Shown here in pieces: positions 47,843-53,790 of a DNA stretch of 53,790 bases. The position numbers were made by a program, and so were the translations under genes. Source of the stretch: a virus; the IMG/VR virus record IMGVR_UViG_3300045988_119356, positions 1 through 53,790 of that record. One strand, given 5' to 3'. Numbering within the stretch: the first letter of the stretch is position 1; each line of letters begins with the position of its first letter. The notes beneath the pieces were generated by a model. The model searched no databases. It was not told the origin of the DNA and saw only the letters and a list, made by a program, of their open reading frames with translations.

Positions 47843-47924
47843 TCCTCACTTTCACCGATAACTGTGTTGATATAGGTTAACAGGTTTTCCATTCCTTCAA
47901 ATACTGATATATCCTCAATAGGAT

Positions 47925-48205
47925 TTACTCCTTAAATAAAACTTTAATAACTGTTTGCATTTGCTTAGGTGTTTTGCCGGTGCATATAAGCTCGTGATAT
48001 TCGTCCCAGTTATTAAAATGTATATCTCCGGTTCTAGAAAATATCATCTGATTTATTTCTACATACTCGTCGACATATTCGCCTTCGTTGTGAATGTATA
48101 TATCATCTTTATCGAAAGATTTTTAACCCATTCAACTAACTCTTCCCAGGTCATCTCGGGCTCAAAAGCTAAATTGTCCTCGTAGTCAGGCGCATTGTTA
48201 CTCAT
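47925..48205 (-). pseudogene. Small gene split by a frameshift at a homopolymer (AAAAA), or a sequencing error
   Basis: ATG 48205 reads MSNNAPDYEDNLAFEPEMTWEELVEWVKNLS... and stops after 48 codons. Another frame continues as ...DDIYIHNEGEYVDEYVEINQMIFSRTGDIHFNNWDEYHELICTGK... to about 47925. Confidence 0.3.
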
Positions 48206-48801
48206 TAATCCATCTCCGTTATTAAATCTAAACCATCATCGTCCAGACATTTACCATTAATATCGTACTTTCGAAGTTTTTTATCACCTTCAAATACGAC
48301 ATAATATTCATCCTCATCAGCAGCGAATACGATACCTATTTTATTATCGGCAGTTACATATTTTTTAGAAACTTTTAACTTGACCGGAACAGGCTGTAAA
48401 CAATAATAACCATCTTTATCTGTTAGATCAACGGCACTGTTGATAAATAACGGTATATTGGTAGACGTATAAGTAACAATCAATCCATCGATAAGTTTAA
48501 ATCTTTTACCGGTTGAAAAACTAATAACCGTTTTACCTTTATTCAAGCTATCGATGATAGCAACTTCATCTAATAAAGATACCTTTTCAAACTTACCTTG
48601 CACTGTTTGTGTAATGGTATCCGTTGTTTGAGCGATATACATATCGTAAAAATTTTTCAATTTTGTTGCGGTTTTGGTACGTAATTTTTTATCATTTTTA
48701 TAATTGTATAACGCATTTACAGAAATACCTATTTTGTCAGCTAATTCGTGAATATTTAAACAGTTTTCATCAGCATATTTTATAAAATCATCATATTGCA
48801 T
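48205..48801 (-). CDS. HTH-domain protein (putative regulator)
   Basis: N-terminal NIHELADKIGISVNALYNY looks like an HTH. The start is placed at the second Met with an RBS GAGGAG. The 28-nt hairpin element lies about 30 nt upstream. Confidence 0.45.
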   Translation of the reverse strand: MQYDDFIKYADENCLNIHELADKIGISVNALYNYKNDKKLRTKTATKLKNFYDMYIAQTTDTITQTVQGKFEKVSLLDEVAIIDSLNKGKTVISFSTGKRFKLIDGLIVTYTSTNIPLFINSAVDLTDKDGYYCLQPVPVKLKVSKKYVTADNKIGIVFAADEDEYYVVFEGDKKLRKYDINGKCLDDDGLDLITEMD

Positions 48802-48828
48802 TTTATTACTCCTCAAAACGTTTGTAAC

Positions 48829-48856
48829 ATCGGCAGACTTTGACCGGTCTGCCAGC
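48829..48856. repeat. 28-nt hairpin element, copy 2
   Basis: Identical to 33852-33879. Confidence 0.8.
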
Positions 48857-48865
48857 AATTATTAA

Positions 48866-49990
48866 TTATTTAGACATCTGGTTAGATAAATCATAAAGTG
48901 ATTTTAATCCAACAGCATCGAACGGATTCACAGAACCATTCTGACCATTACCACCTGCAACAATCATACTTGCCGGGAATTTAACGGATGCAACAGCTTG
49001 TGCAATACCAACCTTGGTTTTATAATCCCATTCTGCAGCTTCTTGCGGTGTCAAACCAGCTGCAACTTTCAAGCGGTTTGCTTCAGCTTGAGCTTTACCT
49101 TCTTGGATAATTTTCTCAGCATCATATTTCGCTTGTTCTGCTTTGAGTTTGGACACGTCGCGATTCTTTGCAGCTTCGGTTGTTTCAACAATTGCTTTAG
49201 CTTTTGCATCTGCTTCTGCTTTAGCTACGGCCGCTTTACCTTGTTCGGTAATGGTAATTGTTTCTTGGCGTGCTTTTTCAGCTTGTGAACGTGCTAAAAC
49301 TGCGGTTTGTTCGGCTTCTTTTTGGGCGTCAATAATTTTCAAGATTTTTTCTTCAGGTCTTGGATCACCCATAACAACTTGTTGAATTTCAACGCCGTAA
49401 TCGTTCAATAAATTTTTGCCGATGATTTTGGGCTTGCCATTTTCGTCAGTTCTTACTTTTGCCAAACGATATGTTGTGCCATCTTCCATTTTGACATCTT
49501 CGTAATAAACGTCATAAGCACCATTTTGCAATTGTCCTTCGAGAACACGAGCGATTTCCGGTTTACGAGCTGAATAAGTATCAGATGCTGTAAACATCGG
49601 GGCAGTTTTATTTGACAAAACGTCGATAGTATTTTTCTTAATTAAATTTTCAACAACATTTTCATAAGAACCAAAATCTTTATGCAATTTCAAACGTGTT
49701 GCTTCGTCTGCCGGTAAACGGAATTTAACACTACCGGAAAAAGTAACTTTCGCACCGTCGGACATGGTTGTAACTTCTTCAAAATCAATATCACCAGATA
49801 CTCTGTAAGTTGAAACATCAGCGAAACCATCCCAATACATTCCCGGCTCACTAATGATTGACATTTCACCGGTTCCCGGAGCTTGTCTTACACGATATTC
49901 TGCGTAATCGTTAGAACCCCAAAGATTAAAAGCTATGATACTGCCGATTATGAAAACTATAAAACCGGCAAATATTTTATCACTGTTCAT
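48866..49990 (-). CDS. SPFH/band-7 (HflK/C- or prohibitin-like) membrane protein
   Basis: An N-terminal TM segment, an SPFH-like core, and an Ala/Glu/Lys-rich coiled coil (AEKARQE...AKAEADAKAKA). Confidence 0.65.
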   Translation of the reverse strand: MNSDKIFAGFIVFIIGSIIAFNLWGSNDYAEYRVRQAPGTGEMSIISEPGMYWDGFADVSTYRVSGDIDFEEVTTMSDGAKVTFSGSVKFRLPADEATRLKLHKDFGSYENVVENLIKKNTIDVLSNKTAPMFTASDTYSARKPEIARVLEGQLQNGAYDVYYEDVKMEDGTTYRLAKVRTDENGKPKIIGKNLLNDYGVEIQQVVMGDPRPEEKILKIIDAQKEAEQTAVLARSQAEKARQETITITEQGKAAVAKAEADAKAKAIVETTEAAKNRDVSKLKAEQAKYDAEKIIQEGKAQAEANRLKVAAGLTPQEAAEWDYKTKVGIAQAVASVKFPASMIVAGGNGQNGSVNPFDAVGLKSLYDLSNQMSK

Positions 49991-50135
49991 TATTAAATAC
50001 TCCTTACTTGGTTTTTTTATAATCGTTTTTAACTTTTTTAACGGATTTCAAAACCACATTAAAAAGTGGTTTAAAAACCCAACAAAAACATAATAATATT
50101 AAGAAAATTGTTAAATACCTAAACAGCATCGGTTA

Positions 50136-50366
50136 TTACTCCCACTCTTTACGAGTTTCCCAACTCAAACTCATTGACAATCTTTCCGGTACATTTTCAC
50201 CGAATTTGATTTCATAATCGGTCAATTCAAAACCAAAATATTTACGATTGATAATCTCATCTCTCGTTTCTCTTTGTTCATCGTGTATGGAAACACATTT
50301 GAATTTCAAAACGTCCTCGTCGCCGATTAAAATATCGACTTTTTGACCTATTTCAAACTCTTGCAC
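50136..50366 (-). CDS. Hypothetical small protein
   Basis: 76 aa. Confidence 0.4.
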   Translation of the reverse strand: MQEFEIGQKVDILIGDEDVLKFKCVSIHDEQRETRDEIINRKYFGFELTDYEIKFGENVPERLSMSLSWETRKEWE

Positions 50367-50378
50367 GGTTATTACTCC

Positions 50379-50732
50379 TTATTTTTTCGGGCAGTTTTCA
50401 ATACATTTCTTGTAAAGTTCCGGTTGGTTTTTCAAAACCGAACAATCACAAGATATTTTTCCATTACTTGAGCTTCTACCTATCATATACCCATTAAAAA
50501 ACCAAGGCATTGTGTTAATGGTAGAATAACGTGTAATGGTATCCGATGAAGTTTTTGTTTCTGGTTTAACAGTCGGTTTTGTAGCTGGTTTAACCGTTGG
50601 TCGACTATAAATGCGAATTGTGGACGGACGGCTGAAACTTCTAAAACCTCCAACACGTCCGACAATTCTAGCATCTGCAATATTTGAAAATGCTAATGAT
50701 GAAATTAAACTTAAAATAAATATTTTATTCAC
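50379..50732 (-). CDS. Secreted small protein (signal peptide, Cys-rich C-terminus)
   Basis: MNKIFILSLISSLAFSNIADA looks like a signal peptide. A PTVKPxTKP repeat and four Cys follow. Confidence 0.5.
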   Translation of the reverse strand: MNKIFILSLISSLAFSNIADARIVGRVGGFRSFSRPSTIRIYSRPTVKPATKPTVKPETKTSSDTITRYSTINTMPWFFNGYMIGRSSSNGKISCDCSVLKNQPELYKKCIENCPKK

Positions 50733-51097
50733 GGGTTTTATCCTCCTTGTTAACGTTTGCTCTAAACTGTTTCCAATTTTTAAGCTTGGTAAATTTTTTA
50801 GCTTTTTTGACTCTCAGCACTCTATCATGCAATTTTTCCAAGTCCTGTTTCAATTGCTCAATTCTTTTATTTTCGCTTCCCAATGCTTTATCTCCTCTTT
50901 GTCATCTCTGTATTGCTGAGAACTATAATACATATCATTTGCGTACTCGTGCTCGTATTGTCGTGCTAAAGCCTTCTCAAGACCTTTTTTAGCTTCTTCT
51001 AAAGTCATCGTTTGCTTCCTTCCCGATAATTAAAACCTTCTTGTCCCCGTCAATACGACCAATAGACAACATTGACAACTCTTCGAGCGTAATTTCG

Positions 51098-51460
51098 TTA
51101 AACTTTATTAACATATCTGAACGTCCTTCCAGCTAAAGTTTTCACGTTGCGAATACCTTTTAAATGCTTGCTCATGTTACCTTTACCAACATTAGCCCAT
51201 CGAGCAGCTTGTTCAGCGTTGAGAAATATATCACCTGTTTCAGTACAAACAACAGCTGATGTCGGTAACAGTTTTAAACCCATAAATCCGGCGAAATCAA
51301 TAGCGTGTTTCATAGCGTCCGAAAAATTGTCATGGACGGATAAAATTTTTATATCGCACAAATTATCAGGGGTAATATGTTTTGCTATTTTATCACTGCT
51401 GTTAGCGCCGATTTGTGTAATAGTACCGCATGTAACGGTATATGTGTAATAGTACCGCAT
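51098..51460 (-). CDS. Third paralog of the homing-endonuclease-type DNA-binding domain protein
   Basis: AVVCTETGDIFLNAEQAARWANVGKGNMSKHLKGIRNVKTLAGRTFRYV. The start is placed at the TAATG overlap at 51460 rather than the track's 51562. Confidence 0.5.
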   Translation of the reverse strand: MRYYYTYTVTCGTITQIGANSSDKIAKHITPDNLCDIKILSVHDNFSDAMKHAIDFAGFMGLKLLPTSAVVCTETGDIFLNAEQAARWANVGKGNMSKHLKGIRNVKTLAGRTFRYVNKV

Positions 51461-52041
51461 TAATTTTCTCCCGCTAATTTTACAGTTAAACCAAATATTT
51501 CCGCTTCTCTTATATCTTTGCATGTATGTATAATAGTACCGCGCGCATCTAAAATTTGCCACTCGGCTTTATTAACCGTTTCAGGATATAACTCGTAAGC
51601 CATTATCAGCGCTTGACGGCTTTTATCGGCGTTCCGGAAATATAACGGATCACCGAATAATACCGGAATGTTGATAATCATATCAGGGCCGATAAAATCT
51701 TTCACCAGTTGATAAATTTTAGCGCTGGTATAAAGTCGGTCAAAAATTGCAAAACCGTCCTGTAATAGTACTTTGTCATCAAACCAAAGTCTGTTTGCGT
51801 TCTCGACACTGCGTAATAGTACAGCGCGCCAATCTGGGTATTCTTCAGCACAATTTGTCGGCATCTGTGTAATAGTATCCCAAAACTTATTCATAAAGGG
51901 CGTGCCGCCGCTTTCAATAAGCATGATTTTCCCATCACTAGCCACAAACTCACCGGTGTTCGGGTCTTGATAAACATATTGAAGAGCTCCGCGCGTTGTG
52001 AGCTTGCTGGCGGCTTTATTCAAGAAAGGTGAGTAAAACAT
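51460..52041 (-). CDS. Hypothetical protein
   Basis: 193 aa. It contains several GTAATAGTAC motif copies in different reading frames. Confidence 0.5.
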   Translation of the reverse strand: MFYSPFLNKAASKLTTRGALQYVYQDPNTGEFVASDGKIMLIESGGTPFMNKFWDTITQMPTNCAEEYPDWRAVLLRSVENANRLWFDDKVLLQDGFAIFDRLYTSAKIYQLVKDFIGPDMIINIPVLFGDPLYFRNADKSRQALIMAYELYPETVNKAEWQILDARGTIIHTCKDIREAEIFGLTVKLAGEN

Positions 52042-52196
52042 CTTTTGATCCTCCGATATATTTCTTCTATTTTAACAACAAACCAAGCAATAGGATATAT
52101 TACACCGGCAATTATTAAAATTATCATCGGAAATGCTATCTTTAACCCTATTATAAAAAAAGGTAATAAAGCAACAAATATAAATACTTCTATCAT
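52017..52196 (-). CDS. Small hydrophobic membrane protein of 59 aa
   Basis: MIEVFIFVALLPFFIIGLKIAFPMIILIIAGVIYPIAWFVV..., with an RBS GGAG. It is under 60 aa, so it is not in the track. Confidence 0.35.
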
Positions 52197-52231
52197 TTTA
52201 ATCTCCGCGTGTTATGAGCTTGCTGGCAGTT

Positions 52232-52582
52232 TTATTGAGTAATGGACTGTAAAACATTCCGCACCCCGTCTAAATACTCTTCAATGTCTGCTATTTTTTC
52301 AGTTACAGAATCATAAGTACCACCTTTAACCTCTTCGGCCTTGATTAAAATATCATCAATATCATTCAAACAATCCGAAATATCATTCAAACAATCCGAA
52401 ATATCATTCAAACAATCCGAAATATTATTCAAATTATCATCGATGTCGCTGGTGTCCGGCGTTGCTTTCAACAGTCTTTCGGCCAACTCTCTCAACAATT
52501 CGTCTTTGTCTTGGGACTCAACATAGCTGTTATGATTACCGTTTGCGATGTCCTCAATGTCCGATTTATCTAATGCTAACAT
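52232..52582 (-). CDS. Acidic protein with (ISDCLND)x3.5 heptad repeats
   Basis: 116 aa. A 21-nt DNA tandem repeat lies at about 52358-52440. Confidence 0.5.
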   Translation of the reverse strand: MLALDKSDIEDIANGNHNSYVESQDKDELLRELAERLLKATPDTSDIDDNLNNISDCLNDISDCLNDISDCLNDIDDILIKAEEVKGGTYDSVTEKIADIEEYLDGVRNVLQSITQ

Positions 52583-52921
52583 ATTTCGATTCTCCCTTTT
52601 TTAATGGTATTTTACAAACTTGTTAAACAATGTCAAGATTTATTTGTGTGATGGTACAGGATTAAAACCAAATAAAAGCTTTTTTAATTATTTTAGCGTT
52701 TTTACCCCAATATAATTTCCTCATACCGGATATAGACGCGTTCGGGCCTACACTCGGGCAATTTTCAAGCTCCGGGCACTTATCATCTTTTTTTTAAAAT
52801 AAAAGTCTGTCCCGGTTCAATTTTATTTTTCAAATCTTTAAGCGTGTATAACATTTTTCGAATCCTCTCTATTTATTGTTTATATTATATTTATAACACA
52901 TTTTAAAATTGTTGACAACAA

Positions 52922-53188
52922 TTAATTCCACGGGCCACGAATGATTTTAACTTGTCCGGCCGATGAACTCCCCGGCAAATAATGAATATATTTATCACCT
53001 TGTTTGCGCCATCTGCCGGCCTCTTGTCCTTCAATTAAAACTCGTCCATCTGCGCACAATTCGCCGTTAATAGCCATCGACAAATCAAAAGCGCTTTGTG
53101 CGGTTTCAAGTATCCACTCGCCGGCTGCCTCCTCTTCCCATTGTCTGAGGGTGTCGGCGGTTAATTCTGAACGTTTAAAAACTGGCAT
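52922..53188 (-). CDS. Hypothetical protein
   Basis: 88 aa. Confidence 0.45.
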   Translation of the reverse strand: MPVFKRSELTADTLRQWEEEAAGEWILETAQSAFDLSMAINGELCADGRVLIEGQEAGRWRKQGDKYIHYLPGSSSAGQVKIIRGPWN

Positions 53189-53191
53189 TGT

Positions 53192-53659
53192 TTAGCGCTC
53201 CGCATCCAAATTATAATCAAAAAGTTTGACAAGTTCAGCAATCAAACTGACAACTTCCGGGCTGTTAACGTCGGCTTTTTTAAGTCCGGCGATATAATCC
53301 GGATCGGCTTCGCTGTGTTGTCCGACGTGTCTATAACAGCCGATTCTTTGCGTCCGTTTGTCCTTAACTTCAGGAAAAACGGCTAAAATATCAACTTCCT
53401 CGGTATATTCGTTAGGCTCTTCATAAAAAACAACTTTTGTTTTGAATCTGTCAAGTTTTGAGCACTCGTTTATAATATTTGAGCGGTCTATCAAATCACC
53501 TAAAAAATAAAGATTACCTTGATATTTTTTATAAATTCTTACTTTTTGATTTCCGTTTTTATATTGTTCTAAATCAACAATCATTTTTTGATTAAAACGG
53601 TCTAAAATTTTAATCGTTTCAACGTTAACAATTTTATCTGATGTATATATTTTTTTCAT
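53192..53659 (-). CDS. Hypothetical protein (first gene of the leftward block at the right terminus)
   Basis: 155 aa with an RBS AAGGAG. Upstream, TTGGAT, 17 nt, then TATACT form a promoter-like arrangement. Confidence 0.5.
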   Translation of the reverse strand: MKKIYTSDKIVNVETIKILDRFNQKMIVDLEQYKNGNQKVRIYKKYQGNLYFLGDLIDRSNIINECSKLDRFKTKVVFYEEPNEYTEEVDILAVFPEVKDKRTQRIGCYRHVGQHSEADPDYIAGLKKADVNSPEVVSLIAELVKLFDYNLDAER

Positions 53660-53676
53660 GTCACTGGCTCCTTATA

Positions 53677-53708
53677 TGTGATAGTATAGCATGTAATAGT
53701 ACAGCATC
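53677..53708 (+). repeat. Two tandem copies of the GTRATAGTAYAGCAT motif (GTAATAGTAC family)
   Basis: TGTGATAGTATAGCATG followed by TGTAATAGTACAGCATC. The same family occurs at 51414, 51443, 51527, 51810 and 51866. Confidence 0.7.
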
Positions 53709-53714
53709 CAACAC

Positions 53715-53790
53715 TCCGAACGACGTTAACAGGCGTTGAACGTGTTAAACACTCCGAACGACGTTAACAGGCGTTGAACGTGTTAAACAC
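53715..53790. repeat. Right terminal repeat: two tandem 38-nt units, preceded by a partial unit.
   Basis: Read directly from the sequence. The last 55 nt equal the first 55 nt of the window. Confidence 0.9.

Noticed and set aside
51460-51562. N-terminal 34 codons of the track ORF 51098-51562
   Set aside because: This extension overlaps the upstream gene by 102 nt and is made up mostly of the DNA-level GTAATAGTAC repeats. A TAATG-coupled start at 51460 is more parsimonious.
52358-52440. Roughly 3.5 tandem copies of a 21-nt unit (ATATCATTCAAACAATCCGAA) that could look like a mini CRISPR or VNTR
   Set aside because: It lies entirely in-frame inside CDS 52232-52582 and encodes the ISDCLND heptad repeats. 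There are no spacers and no leader, so it is a coding tandem repeat and not CRISPR.
1-53790. A search for integrase/recombinase, a phage RNA polymerase and CRISPR arrays
   Set aside because: No tyrosine or serine recombinase motifs and no ORF of the size of a single-subunit RNA polymerase were seen. The AlpA-like 61-aa protein alone is not evidence of lysogeny. The phage is treated as probably virulent, with low certainty.

Overview
The window looks like a complete tailed-phage genome of about 53.8 kb. Its ends carry 55 nt of identical sequence built from a 38-nt unit in tandem, each unit containing two copies of a GAACGNSGTTAAMCA sub-repeat. Genes fall into four transcription blocks.

- **Block 1 (positions 1624-28876, plus strand).** Small and large terminase, portal, scaffold, coat, Mu-F-like head morphogenesis protein, then a lambda-like siphovirus tail: a V-like tube protein with an Ig domain, G/GT chaperones with a T_TTT_TTT slippery site, tape measure, M/L/K(NlpC-P60)/J-like proteins and fibres. 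A tRNA-Cys follows, then a cluster of ORFans, a lysis cassette with a SleB-type endolysin and i/o-spanins (implying a Gram-negative host), and an RNase H.
- **Block 2 (36849 down to 29424, minus strand).** Replication and nucleotide metabolism: a Pro/Ala-rich protein, a Cas4-like exonuclease, a GapR/DUF2312-like protein, an SSB-like protein, an HNH endonuclease, a family-B DNA polymerase, ThyX and MazG.
- **Block 3 (36935-47180, plus strand).** SF2 helicase, VRR-NUC nuclease, a C5-cytosine methyltransferase, a D5-like primase-helicase and a DPPY methyltransferase. Nested inside on the minus strand are an NPPY methyltransferase, a T4 DenV-like pyrimidine-dimer glycosylase and a tRNA-Leu(TAA).
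- **Block 4 (minus strand, spanning the genome ends).** An SPFH/band-7 protein, secreted small proteins, three paralogous homing-endonuclease-like DNA-binding proteins, and many tiny genes.

No integrase, RNA polymerase or CRISPR array was found.

The main noncoding signals are:
- A promoter/terminator-bounded tRNA-like(GAA) RNA with an aberrant T-loop.
- A roughly 115-nt conserved leader (hairpin, T6, alternative hairpin) duplicated upstream of the coat and tail-tube genes.
- A dispersed, strand-biased GTAATAGTAC motif family confined to the right 2.4 kb.
- A 28-nt hairpin repeated at two distant sites.
- Iterons and large palindromes in the left control region.
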